Shown here in pieces: positions 9,189-19,266 of a DNA stretch of 64,000 bases. Source of the DNA: an uncultured Nitrososphaerales archaeon (GTDB lineage: Archaea > Thermoproteota > Nitrososphaeria > Nitrososphaerales > Nitrososphaeraceae); assembly GCA_963709405.1 (NCBI GenBank), contig CAVPXM010000063.1:1-64000 (forward strand), written 5' to 3'. Position 1 is the first letter of the stretch, and each line of letters begins with the position of its first letter. The position numbers were made by a program, and so were the translations under genes. A model generated the notes under the pieces. The model did not search any database, had not been told where the DNA came from, and saw only the letters and a program-made list of their open reading frames with translations.

Positions 9189-10946
9189 ATGCAATTCTCT
9201 CTGCTGGTAGACACATTTGAACAAATGGAAATGACTACTAGTAGATTGTCCTTAACAGAACATTTGGTTTCCCTACTCAAAAAGACACCAGCAGACATAA
9301 TAGAAAAGGTAGTATACCTGATTCAAGGTAAACTTCGACCAGATTACGAGGGAATTGAGCTTGGACTGGCAGAGAAAATGATTCTACGATCGTTAGCACA
9401 ATCCTCAGGTATGGGGGTGAGCGCGTTGCTAGAAATTTATAGGAAAACTGGCGATTTAGGTGACTCTGCAAAAGAAGTAATGTTGCACAAGGATCAGACT
9501 AGCCTTGTGCCTCAACAAATGACAGTTGAGAGGGTTTATTCAGTTTTATATAAGATAGCACGAACGACCGGGCCTCGATCACAAGAATTGAAAATTAGAT
9601 TGGTGAGTAGCCTCTTAAATGAATCCACACCTCGGGAGAGTCGGTACATAATAAAATTTATTATTGGTTCCCTGAGGCTTGGCATAGCGGATAATACGGT
9701 TATGGACGCTCTTTCATTGGCGTTTACCGGTAACAAGGCCAATAGAGCAGTGTTAGAAAATGCTTATAATGTCTCCAGCGACCTTGGTACTGTAGCTAGG
9801 ATACTGGGTTTAGAAGGTATCGAAGCGGTAAAGAAGTTAAGGATAGTATTGTATAAGCCAGTCAGACCTATGCTCGCTGAAAGGGTACCAACTGTTGAAG
9901 ATGTGTTTGACCAAATAGAAGGTTCAGCTGCTGCGGAATATAAGCTCGATGGAGAGAGAATTCAGGTGCATAAAGGAAGTGAACGAGTCGAGCTTTTCTC
10001 ACGCCGATTGGAAAACATAACTCATCACTTTCCGGACATAGCGAATATTATAGCGCGGTCAAAATTGAAAGATGCGATATTCGAAGGTGAAGTCGTAGCC
10101 ATAGATGCGGAAACCTCACAATTCTTACCTTTTCAGGTACTCATGCACCGGCGGAGAAAACATGGAGTCGAGGAGGCAATGAAAAATTATCCAGTTTTTC
10201 TTAACGTTTTTGATATTTTGTATTATGACCGTGCGTCCAAGACCCACTTACCTTACTCGGATCGAAGAAAATTGATTGAATATCTAATTCAAGAAATAAA
10301 GGATCACAGGATCCTCCTGGTTCCTCAGACTGTAGTAAAGGATACAATAAGCCTGTCTAGATTCATGACGAAGGCCATAGAAAATGGCTGCGAAGGGGTC
10401 ATGATAAAGCAGCTGAATTCTGAATACAGAGCAGGAGCGAGGGGATATGCATGGATAAAATTGAAGCGGGAATACAGGAACGACTTGACCGATACGTTGG
10501 ATCTAGTGATAGTTGGTGCTTTGTACGGCAGGGGACGTCGGGTAGGAAAATACGGAGCGTTACTCTTGGCAGCGTATGATCCCAAGACTGACACTTTCAA
10601 AACCGTATCCAAAGTTGGAACTGGATTCACTGATCAGGACCTAGCTGACTTTTACAATAGCCTTGAGAAACATTTGATAAAACAAAGACATCCTAGAGTT
10701 GATGCAGGAATGCATATGGATGTATGGTTCGAGCCTAAAATAGTGATTGAAATCATAGCTTCAGAAATTACATTGAGTCCAATTCACACAGCTGGTATGG
10801 ACGCCGTTAGAGATAAGTATGGTCTTGCACTTCGATTTCCCAAGTTTACTGGCAAAATTCGAGATGACAAGAACGCTGAGGACGCTACAAAGGTAGAAGA
10901 AATAATCTCACTATACACCCAGCAAAAGCGGACCATCCAACAATAG
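9189..10946 (+). CDS. lig: ATP-dependent DNA ligase
   Basis: EYKLDGERIQVH motif I, EGVMIK, WIKLK and LRFPKF. Confidence 0.97.
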   Translation: MQFSLLVDTFEQMEMTTSRLSLTEHLVSLLKKTPADIIEKVVYLIQGKLRPDYEGIELGLAEKMILRSLAQSSGMGVSALLEIYRKTGDLGDSAKEVMLHKDQTSLVPQQMTVERVYSVLYKIARTTGPRSQELKIRLVSSLLNESTPRESRYIIKFIIGSLRLGIADNTVMDALSLAFTGNKANRAVLENAYNVSSDLGTVARILGLEGIEAVKKLRIVLYKPVRPMLAERVPTVEDVFDQIEGSAAAEYKLDGERIQVHKGSERVELFSRRLENITHHFPDIANIIARSKLKDAIFEGEVVAIDAETSQFLPFQVLMHRRRKHGVEEAMKNYPVFLNVFDILYYDRASKTHLPYSDRRKLIEYLIQEIKDHRILLVPQTVVKDTISLSRFMTKAIENGCEGVMIKQLNSEYRAGARGYAWIKLKREYRNDLTDTLDLVIVGALYGRGRRVGKYGALLLAAYDPKTDTFKTVSKVGTGFTDQDLADFYNSLEKHLIKQRHPRVDAGMHMDVWFEPKIVIEIIASEITLSPIHTAGMDAVRDKYGLALRFPKFTGKIRDDKNAEDATKVEEIISLYTQQKRTIQQ

Positions 10947-10969
10947 GATTTGAAAATCAGGAAATTAAT

Positions 10970-11038
10970 TAGTCAGTGAGTCAGTGAGTCAGTGAGTCAG
11001 TCAGACAGATAGACAGACAGATAGACAGTCAGTCAGAC
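10970..11038. repeat. compound tetranucleotide microsatellite (AGTC/AGTG/AGAC/AGAT)n
   Basis: tagtcagtgagtcagtgagtcagtgagtcagtcagacagatagacagacagatagacagtcagtcagac directly after lig. Confidence 0.85.
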
Positions 11039-11137
11039 ATTAGACACTTGCAGATTTCACTAGAAGCGAAGTGCAGTGAAAAATTCTGTAAAATTCGTGA
11101 AAAAGGTATATTCGCATTAGTACAATAGAATCATATA

Positions 11138-11404
11138 ATGAGTACCAGTACTCGGCTCGAAAAACTCTTGGTCGTATCCATATTGGTTCTAAGTATGATT
11201 CATTGTTTTTTAAGCACTAGTCAGACAAAGGCTGCGACTTCTGGTCATCCAGTTAGTCAAGATTCTTTGATCCAGAATTCAAGCAGGAATTCAAGTAATG
11301 ATCATAATAGTAACAATAACACCAAACAAAATGAAATGTCAATTCAGATTTGTGATAAATCTCATCCTTGTAAATCCCTCACTTCAAATAAGAGTTTACA
11401 GTAA
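11138..11404 (+). CDS. small secreted Asn/Ser-rich hypothetical protein
   Basis: N-terminal hydrophobic stretch, N-rich linker and C-terminal C-x5-C. Confidence 0.55.
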   Translation: MSTSTRLEKLLVVSILVLSMIHCFLSTSQTKAATSGHPVSQDSLIQNSSRNSSNDHNSNNNTKQNEMSIQICDKSHPCKSLTSNKSLQ

Positions 11405-11585
11405 AGTAATGGATAGAAGTGTGTGTTGTTTGACTAGCCATGGTTAGTCATGAATATGTGAATTGCATATGAAATTAATTCAGATCCGATAGAAAGCCTT
11501 CTTATCTAGAAGCAGTGATATTTGACTATTCTCTAGTTAATAAAAAAAATAAAAACTTCGTATTATGAAGTAGTTCTTATATTTC

Positions 11586-12938
11586 TTATTCTTTCTGTTG
11601 AGGCTTGAGCTTTATTGCTATTTTGAAGTTACACAAGATGTCTTTGCACCTATTTCGTATGGTTACTTCTGTAATCCCTGCAATTTCGGAAATCTCTACT
11701 TGTGACAGACTGGAACCTAGCAGTGCGGCAGCCATATAAATATATGCAGCTGCCAAACCATGCGGAGATTTGCCGTCGGCCAGAAAATGATTGTTGGTTT
11801 TGTGGGCAATATCAATTGCTAATCGTTCCACTTTGGTATCAATTTTCGCATTATTTGCGAGTTTGGAGATGTAGTGATCAATAGCAACTGTCGCACTAGA
11901 TTGTGCAGAGGCCTGCCGAGAATATAATTGGGACGGCTGGACAGACGAAGTTAAAGCATATGATTGCCTGGTTGAGGATCCGCTAGATGACACGTCGAAA
12001 GATTGCGATAATTTGCTCCCAGAAGATAAACTCTGAAGATTAGAGCGTAGCTCTGAATTTACGATCTTTGGGGGAGACAATAGATTATTCTCAGAGGCTT
12101 GTGACGATATGCCGTAAACCTGGGGTCCAGATCGATGAGATTCTTCTGAAGACAGAACCTGACCCGACGTTGATGCTGATAGGTCTCTACTAACTATGTT
12201 GTTTGTGGTTGCACTATCGGTAGAATTCTTCCTTCCTTTGTTAGTTTGCTGATCCAGATCCTGGCATTGAATGCCGAATATTCCCATTTCCATGACCATC
12301 ATCCTGTAGTATTTAGACGCTAACTTGCAGCTTGATCTATCATATCCCGGCGTTCCACCGGCCTTTACTATTTCATCTAGTGATCTTACCACCGAGCATC
12401 TCTTGCATGCTATGTATATGGTCGCCGCGGCCATACACAAAATGGACTTGCCCTTTGCATCATTTTTGTTCTCAAAGGTTCTATAAACCATCGCTGCCGT
12501 CTCTGTAATAGTCTTTGGCAGAGACATCCCCGAACATATTTCATTGATCTTGGACAAGACGTTTGATAATCGTCTTTCCTTAGGCGTAGCAACCCTTATT
12601 CGAGAATGCCACTTTCTCATACTGTTCATTTGCTCTACGATGTGCTGATCTATTGATTTACCACTGTAATCTTTCGATCCTAAACCGATCTCTGTTCTAA
12701 GACCATAATCATGAAGCGAGTAGCTTGTAAATCCACTGGCACGAGTATTCTTCGTCTTCTCTTCGAAGTCTGTGGAAATTGATTCCGGCCCATAATCATC
12801 GACTTGATCCATCACGACGCAACCACATTTTTGACAAATGTATTCGCCCTTGCTATAGTCGTGAATAAGTCCAGATTGACATTCTGGGCATTGTGTATAA
12901 AATCCTTTAGAAGTCATTACGACATCTAACCTGATCAC
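11586..12938 (-). CDS. tfb: transcription initiation factor IIB (TFB) with large low-complexity insertion
   Basis: CPEC..CQKC zinc ribbon, SLHDYGLRTEIG, two cyclin repeats and ITEVTIRNR. Start may be MTSKG at 12917. Confidence 0.93.
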   Translation of the reverse strand: MIRLDVVMTSKGFYTQCPECQSGLIHDYSKGEYICQKCGCVVMDQVDDYGPESISTDFEEKTKNTRASGFTSYSLHDYGLRTEIGLGSKDYSGKSIDQHIVEQMNSMRKWHSRIRVATPKERRLSNVLSKINEICSGMSLPKTITETAAMVYRTFENKNDAKGKSILCMAAATIYIACKRCSVVRSLDEIVKAGGTPGYDRSSCKLASKYYRMMVMEMGIFGIQCQDLDQQTNKGRKNSTDSATTNNIVSRDLSASTSGQVLSSEESHRSGPQVYGISSQASENNLLSPPKIVNSELRSNLQSLSSGSKLSQSFDVSSSGSSTRQSYALTSSVQPSQLYSRQASAQSSATVAIDHYISKLANNAKIDTKVERLAIDIAHKTNNHFLADGKSPHGLAAAYIYMAAALLGSSLSQVEISEIAGITEVTIRNRCKDILCNFKIAIKLKPQQKE

Positions 12939-13498
12939 TGTTTAATCATACCGCTAAATCCTCTTACAAACGTAGACAGCGCACAATTAGGGGATAATCG
13001 TGCATGAATTTCTAGGCTGTTGATGCATTCCGATTCTATCTCGTGGTTACAAGCCTTTGTACTCTTAAGAAACGCATAGTATCGATTTTCTTGAATTTCC
13101 TTAAGGCTTGTCGAACGGCAATTTTGAGGTCCAAACAGTGTTCCCATTGGGCGTGAAAAATCTCTTAATAACATGCTTCGTTCAAAACCAAGCGGATCAC
13201 ATCATATTTATCTGGCTTGGTCATAAGATATTCACCATAGTTTAAAAAATCTCTTAATTCCAGGAAAACAGAAGGCATAACAAATATCAAATTTGCGCAT
13301 GAATGTCTAATATAAAAAAGAGATATAGAAAAATCTTCTAAGACAAAACACATTTAGTGCATATTATATTTAGAAAAATTAACCATCATCCTTATCAAAC
13401 TATATATATTATTTTTGTCGTGTGTTCATCGTATGGTCTCCTGATGATTAGGGATCGGGCTTTGAGACTAGGCTATTTGAGAGCTGGAGGTTTATTGT

Positions 13499-13717
13499 TT
13501 GTCTAGGCGAGGCGCCCTTTTGATTTTTTGGGTGATTGGATTTGGAGTAGGTTCAATTGGCTACCTATCCTTACCAGGTGTCGCAGGATGGTTTGCAGGG
13601 ATTATCCCTAATTTTCTGAACCAGGCAATCATCGGGGCATTGATCGCAGGTATGGTGGGTTCCGCAGTAAGTACATTTTCTGTGGTAACTTGGGCAAACA
13701 GATCATCTACTATCTAA
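13499..13717 (+). CDS. small two-TM membrane protein
   Basis: Two hydrophobic Gly-rich helices; GGAGG RBS upstream. Confidence 0.7.
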   Translation: MSRRGALLIFWVIGFGVGSIGYLSLPGVAGWFAGIIPNFLNQAIIGALIAGMVGSAVSTFSVVTWANRSSTI

Positions 13718-13886
13718 ATTCAGTTTGCAGGCATTTCTTTCCTGAAAATATCCTACAGTGCTGCGTGACATTGAAATTAATCCAATCTAAGCCAATCCAA
13801 GCCAAATGAAACGAATCAGTCCAATTTTCTGATATTTACATCTAATCTGATAGTCCATGGCGGGATGGCTACCTCAATAACCACTC

Positions 13887-14732
13887 CTAGCCCGATGCTT
13901 CTATGTTCTTAATGAACTCTAATCCTCTTCTGGTTGGTTCCGTGAAATCGGTCAGTGACAAATTTGGTTCAAAACAGATATACTCGTCGTATCCAATTTT
14001 CTTTAGGCAGTCAATTATCGATCTGAATTCGATATGTGCATAGCCCGGCATCTTTCTATTGTTATCTGCGAAATGAGTATGTCTTAACCATTCTCCTGAA
14101 TCTCGAATGGCGGATTCAATAGAGTCCTCTTCAATATTCATGTGATATGTGTCCAATAATATCCCAAAGTTCTCGTGATTTATCTCCTTGGCAATATCTG
14201 CAGCTTCTTCAGCCCTATTGCAGTATTGACTGCAATACCTGTTAAGTGGTTCCAACAAGAGTCTGACGTCGTGATCCTTTGCTATTCTAGTCAGGCCAGC
14301 CAGGGTTGGTATAATCCGAGTTTCCATAATATGCCGCTTGTCTCGTTGAGTTCTAAATTCATGTGTCATCTGATATGGCGACAATTTTTGATCATCAGAG
14401 GTGACACAAATATTCACTTGTTTACCGTCTAGTAAACGACATATCTCTAAGCAATATTTGGCGTATTCATAACAACTATTGGCAAAATCAGAATTATAAC
14501 TTAAAAGATTTGTCCGTAATCTTCCTCCTTCCAGAGTTCCCCACATTCCGGTTATACCCGAGACCTGTAGATCAAATGTATCTAATGTTTCCTTCGTAGC
14601 CAATAAATCTGACTTTTCTGTCAGAGCTAAAACTTCAACCGCATCGTACCCTTGAATCACAAGTCGTTCAAGTGTTTTCTCTAGTGCTTCATTAATATTC
14701 CTGAAAGAAGATAGGGTGATCGAATACTTCAA
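13887..14732 (-). CDS. sugar-phosphate isomerase/epimerase TIM barrel (D-psicose/D-tagatose 3-epimerase / IolO-like)
   Basis: EPLNRY, DTYHMNIEE, HTHFADNNRKMPG and FE metal-site motifs. Confidence 0.85.
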   Translation of the reverse strand: MKYSITLSSFRNINEALEKTLERLVIQGYDAVEVLALTEKSDLLATKETLDTFDLQVSGITGMWGTLEGGRLRTNLLSYNSDFANSCYEYAKYCLEICRLLDGKQVNICVTSDDQKLSPYQMTHEFRTQRDKRHIMETRIIPTLAGLTRIAKDHDVRLLLEPLNRYCSQYCNRAEEAADIAKEINHENFGILLDTYHMNIEEDSIESAIRDSGEWLRHTHFADNNRKMPGYAHIEFRSIIDCLKKIGYDEYICFEPNLSLTDFTEPTRRGLEFIKNIEASG

Positions 14733-14770
14733 TTAGGTACAACACTATTGTATTCTATAGTTCAAGAAGG

Positions 14771-16123
14771 TCAACTCACCAGTCTTATTAAATATTTTCC
14801 GATATCGACAGAATTTGGAAAGAGGGCTTTCATCTTATCGTTGCTTATTAGGCCTTTGCGATTTGAAACGTATGCTGCAAGGCCTTCAGCCGCAGATTCG
14901 ACATCTGCTGGTCTTCCATGAGAAGATTTTACCAGGGATGTGTCTAATGGAATCGATTTTGTCTTTGAATCAAAAAAAAGTTCAACCGGGTCATAACCAG
15001 GTTTCCTATGGATATCAACTGTACCGGCAAAACTTGGGGCGGCATTTTCATCATACCACCAATAGTAATTAAACCAGCTATGCTTGCTGGCGATCGCGAT
15101 AATTTCCCCGGATCTTTCATGATTTATCTTAAACTTTCTCTTCTGGTGCTCTGAATACAATACATCAGAGATTCCATCGATATCTTCCAACACCCTTTTC
15201 GTTGCATTAAGAGCATTTTTCTTTATATATATGTGAGCTACCTGATGGTCTACCATGGCAAAGGCTTGGCTAAATTCGTAGTCTAAGTATTCCTTTCCTT
15301 TTATTCTTCTAGTTACCAAAAGTCCCGCGTCTCTAAGCCTCAGATTGATGCTTATGGACGAGTTAACGTCGTTGAAGCCGTACTCCGAAAGTACTATGAA
15401 TTGAGTCTGGTCCATGAGATCCAATTTTGTAGTTTTCTCAACTAATTCTCCTACCAATTCATCTGCGTATTTTAAATCATCCTCCACCTGTCTGCTATCC
15501 TTACCGAACCTTTGCGCAGAATAGTCAACATGAGGTAAGTATAGGAGCATTAGATTTGGTCTTGCAAATTCCAAAATATATTTGGCCGCACTCATAATCC
15601 ATTCGCTCGACTTGCGAGATGCAAGCGGTCCCCAATAAGTCGAAAGGTTAAACTCGCCTAACTCTGGAGCAAGTGTCTCATCATAGAACCCCACTGGAGT
15701 AGAATAGCACCAAGGTATCATCGACTCCGCCATATGAAGGGGTCTAGGTGTAACAACAATATCTGCTGAGGAGAACATCGTATTTTGCCAGAATAATACT
15801 GCGCTTTTGAAGTGGTCTTTCTTTGTTGACCCTCGCTCAGCGATCTTGTCCCAGATCCTATCAGTTTCGACCAAGCCACTTGCTTGTTCCCAAAAAAGTA
15901 CGCTGTGATTAATTCTATCGTAGAAACCGTTTGCAATTATACCGTGTTCGTTAGGATGTTTGCCTGATAGAAGAGAGGCCTGGACAGTACAGGTCACAGC
16001 AGGAAAAACTGGCTCGATTTTACATGCTTCTCCTTCGTTGGCTATCTTAGACAAGGTAGGCATTCCTGACTCTAAATGTCCCTGCTCGAGTCCTACCATG
16101 TTAATGATAATAGTGTGTTTCAA
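14771..16123 (-). CDS. alkaline phosphatase-superfamily nucleotide pyrophosphatase/phosphodiesterase (EboF-like)
   Basis: FPAVTCTVQAS, HGIIANG, YLPHVDY, LSEYG, AFAMVDHQVAHIY, VDIHRKPGYDPVELF and SHGR. Confidence 0.85.
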   Translation of the reverse strand: MKHTIIINMVGLEQGHLESGMPTLSKIANEGEACKIEPVFPAVTCTVQASLLSGKHPNEHGIIANGFYDRINHSVLFWEQASGLVETDRIWDKIAERGSTKKDHFKSAVLFWQNTMFSSADIVVTPRPLHMAESMIPWCYSTPVGFYDETLAPELGEFNLSTYWGPLASRKSSEWIMSAAKYILEFARPNLMLLYLPHVDYSAQRFGKDSRQVEDDLKYADELVGELVEKTTKLDLMDQTQFIVLSEYGFNDVNSSISINLRLRDAGLLVTRRIKGKEYLDYEFSQAFAMVDHQVAHIYIKKNALNATKRVLEDIDGISDVLYSEHQKRKFKINHERSGEIIAIASKHSWFNYYWWYDENAAPSFAGTVDIHRKPGYDPVELFFDSKTKSIPLDTSLVKSSHGRPADVESAAEGLAAYVSNRKGLISNDKMKALFPNSVDIGKYLIRLVS

Positions 16124-16179
16124 GCTGGTCCTCCTATCTCAGCTAATGAGCAGGACAAATCACTTAAAAATCATTCCCA

Positions 16180-17091
16180 TTAGGTCACGTAGAGCAGCCT
16201 AGAGAGAATAAAACCCGGGATCAAGAACAATGCGAGTGATATTCCTAACAATACACCCGAAACTCCGCTAGCAAAGGATGAATCAAGTAATACCAGGCAA
16301 AGGACCAGTATTTTAACTAGGCTCTGAATTTGTTCGTTTCCTAGTGCATAACCAGCTCGTAGTATCCGCCTGTATGTAAACAGACCTATAATTAGGATGA
16401 GGAGAACCAAATTCAATAATAGGTCTATCTTAAAGGCACCGAAAATTACTGAAATAATCATAATGATTATTACTAGCAATATTAGCAAGAAAGGCTGAAT
16501 GAGCCGTTTTCGACTTATTCGAACTCCACTGGCTTCCCCTGCACTAATCATCATTGTGGCTACCACGTATAGAAACATGCAGCCACATTCAACCGTTAGG
16601 CGTTGCAAATGTTGAGAGTCAAATAGCCCAATCAACAATAGTGGAGAAGCTCCGTATATAATATTGGAAGCACGAGCCGCCCCCACGGAAACGGCTCTGA
16701 ACCTTGTTCGTTTCAATCTATAATCATACAAGAGAGCGATAAGGATGATCGTGGACGATACTATAAGGCTCATAACGCCTCCGAATGCCGAGAGCACTAA
16801 TGCGGCGATCAAGCAGAGAATTCCAACGGTGACTGCAGCCTTTCTTGTAACCAATCCTGCTGACAATGGCCTTGGACGGCCTTCCTTTAGGTCGGTCTCA
16901 ATATCAAAGAAATCATTGAAGATAATTGCTGCAACGTAGATCAAGCAAGATGATATCACAATCAAGGGCAATACCAGTGGCAAACTTGCGCTTGGATGAT
17001 TAAGGACGGTAATGTACCCCACAATAATATTGGATGGAATTGTAAACAGATTCGGCAACCTGATCATAAGCAAATATTTTTTGAATGCCAC
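16180..17091 (-). CDS. UbiA-family prenyltransferase (EboC/SCO3242-like)
   Basis: RLPNLFT, NDFFDIETD..RPRPL and YD motifs; multi-TM. Confidence 0.85.
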   Translation of the reverse strand: MAFKKYLLMIRLPNLFTIPSNIIVGYITVLNHPSASLPLVLPLIVISSCLIYVAAIIFNDFFDIETDLKEGRPRPLSAGLVTRKAAVTVGILCLIAALVLSAFGGVMSLIVSSTIILIALLYDYRLKRTRFRAVSVGAARASNIIYGASPLLLIGLFDSQHLQRLTVECGCMFLYVVATMMISAGEASGVRISRKRLIQPFLLILLVIIIMIISVIFGAFKIDLLLNLVLLILIIGLFTYRRILRAGYALGNEQIQSLVKILVLCLVLLDSSFASGVSGVLLGISLALFLIPGFILSRLLYVT

Positions 17092-17230
17092 AGAAGTAGC
17101 ATGCTATTGTCGCTAAAAACGATTATAGTCGATATGAGATCAATTTTGATAAAAAATGGAGGATTTTAAAAATTGCATTTGATAAACTATCGATAAATTT
17201 TTTTATTAATGTATCCCAGAGAATAGCACT

Positions 17231-17473
17231 TTGGATACTCCGGTTACAATACAGCCAGATGGCATAAAGCTAAAACCTGAAAAGATGAACCCTGATCAAC
17301 TTTACCACTGTCTGTTTGAAGGAAGAGTCTTTCTCTTTTTTAAAGACCACGAGGAATTACTTCATTGTTATGAAGTTCAAGACCCGGTGGCAATAAAAGA
17401 GATATGTGAAAATCCCTTGGAGATCGAAAGCATATTGAAGAAGCATTCAGACATAAATACTGGCCTTAGATAG
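17231..17473 (+). CDS. hypothetical protein
   Basis: 80-aa ORF with TATA-like upstream element and normal composition. Confidence 0.65.
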   Translation: MDTPVTIQPDGIKLKPEKMNPDQLYHCLFEGRVFLFFKDHEELLHCYEVQDPVAIKEICENPLEIESILKKHSDINTGLR

Positions 17474-17546
17474 GTATTTCGTCAATTAACAAACATTATA
17501 TTGCTTATATGGTGTGTATAGATATTTGACTCATGCTCATTAAATT

Positions 17547-18288
17547 GTGTCTACAGGACTTGAATACGCAGACCAGAGCGGAGCCTACAAGAATTTTATT
17601 GGAAGTTTGGATTCAGAAGAGTCAAAGAGATGCTATCGTTTTTCGTTATCCTATTTCATGGGATTTTGTAAATTAACACTATACGAAGAAATCATAAAGA
17701 TAGACCAACCCAAGTTAGAAGGTGTAATAAGAGATTACATTATCCATCTAAGGCAAGATAAGAAACTATCTCCAGCATCAATATCAGCATACATTGCCGC
17801 ACTTGCTCATTTTTGCGAGATGAATGATATCACAATACGATCGCGTAAGTTAAAGAAATTCAAGGGCAAACGGTACAGAACAAATAAAAAAATTAGTCGA
17901 TGTAGCGTCATTACGAGATAAATGTATCATTTTACTGATGGCATCAACAGGTATAAGGCGTAGCGCTCTAGGCTTTCTAAGTATAGGAGACCTACAGAAA
18001 ATCGACAAATACTATAGCGAATACGTCATGGGTCATAAATCCGACCTAACCAAATCATATTTCAAGCCAACCGATACCGAACTATTGGAAGGAAACGAAG
18101 CCCTAGGATACACAGCAGTAATTAACGATCTAACGATAGCAGAAGAGCACCGCCTTGCCAAACAACTAACAGAAAAAGAACTTTTTATCAAACAACTACA
18201 AACAGAGGAACAAAAGGCATTAGCACAAATGAGAAAGGACATGAATGAATTGCGTGAAAGAATGGAGAGGGCTAGAAATAATCGTTAA
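17547..18288 (+). pseudogene. tyrosine recombinase/integrase, split and internally deleted
   Basis: N-terminal core-binding domain (17547..17921). The second part has ASTGIR (catalytic Arg) nearly abutting YVMGH...SYF (C-terminal His and Tyr), so the HxxR segment is missing. Confidence 0.8.
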
Positions 18289-18542
18289 TGTATTGGAACT
18301 AGTTGTGGATTTGGAAGCCATGTGCCTCTAAATGGCATACCTGCTGGAAAACTAGGTTGAGCAAATTGATCTGATAGGTCTGCGACCAATGAACTGTGGC
18401 TGTGTGTCTATCTGTTAGTTATTTCTTATGGAAATGCGTTTATGATAATTGAAAAAGATGTTTTGGCTGGGCATGTTATTGCCTAATCTACGCAGGTTAT
18501 TGAATTCAAGACTTAATAATTACTCTTATCATGGTTGAGGCA

Positions 18543-18769
18543 ATGACAGAAGAATCGAAGAATCGGGTGTTATACGTAGTGATAGGAATTGTCGTTTTAG
18601 CTGGGTAGTTTTAGTGATTCCAGCAGGCGCAGCATTCGCGGCATCTAATGGAAACCCGTCCTGTGTCGGAAATCCGCACACGAACGGCCAAGGAGATCCT
18701 CACCCTCAAGGCATTCAACGGAACCCGCACCGATCTGGTAGAAATCATCATTGTCCAGGGGAGCAGTGA
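18543..18769 (+). CDS. small secreted His/Pro-repeat peptide (C-xGNPH..DPH..NPH..HHC), one apparent frameshift at ~18605
   Basis: MTEESKNRVLYVVIGIVVLAG / VVLVIPAGAAFA ASNGNPSCVGNPHTNGQGDPHPQGIQRNPHRSGRNHHCPGEQ*. Adding one G to the GGG run at 18603-18605 joins the two frames. Not in the supplied ORF track. Confidence 0.65.
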
Positions 18770-19008
18770 ATGATTAAGGTCTGATACATTACCTTTTTTC
18801 GTACCCCGGATAGAATTTGTAGATACCAGGAAGGTAATTCTGTATTTAGATATTCATTTAAATTTGTTGAGAATATTCATACTCCTTTAAAATAGACGAA
18901 GAATTCCCTATAATCATTCCAGTAAATTATGCAGAGGTTAAAATATACTGATGAATTCGACAACTCATAAATCGTGGAATAGCGTTTAGTTGAAAGGCTA
19001 AAAGAATT

Positions 19009-19266
19009 ATGAAATACAATAAAACTTCAATGCAACGAGGAAAGATGATGACGATCGTAGTAGTTGTAACGGTATTTACACTCTTGGTCACGATGACTGC
19101 AACGCAGGCCTTCGCCGCTAAAAACCTAAATTCCTCAAAATCCAACATATATCGAAGCACGCAACAAATTCAAGATATAGAAGGCGGCGGCTCTGGAGAG
19201 CAAGTGAGCACAAATACCTGTAACTGCCCGTCTAATGATAATATCGTAATTAATCAACAAAACTAG
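19009..19266 (+). CDS. small secreted Asn/Gln-rich peptide
   Basis: Signal peptide ending AFA; mature AKNLNSSKSNIYR...NTCNCPSNDNIVINQQN. Confidence 0.7.
   Translation: MKYNKTSMQRGKMMTIVVVVTVFTLLVTMTATQAFAAKNLNSSKSNIYRSTQQIQDIEGGGSGEQVSTNTCNCPSNDNIVINQQN

Noticed and set aside
4013-10946. Metallophosphoesterase near the ATP-dependent ligase, with Lhr in the same window, suggesting a ligase-Lhr-MPE repair cluster
   Set aside because: The genes are separated by unrelated loci and Lhr is ~30 kb away; there is no operon evidence.
12935-13353. ORFs 12935..13174 and 13165..13353 upstream of tfb
   Set aside because: No recognisable motifs; likely AT-rich promoter/UTR sequence.
13782-13806. Short CCAAT/CCAAG iterations
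   Set aside because: Only about three degenerate 10-bp units with no spacer structure; not CRISPR-like.
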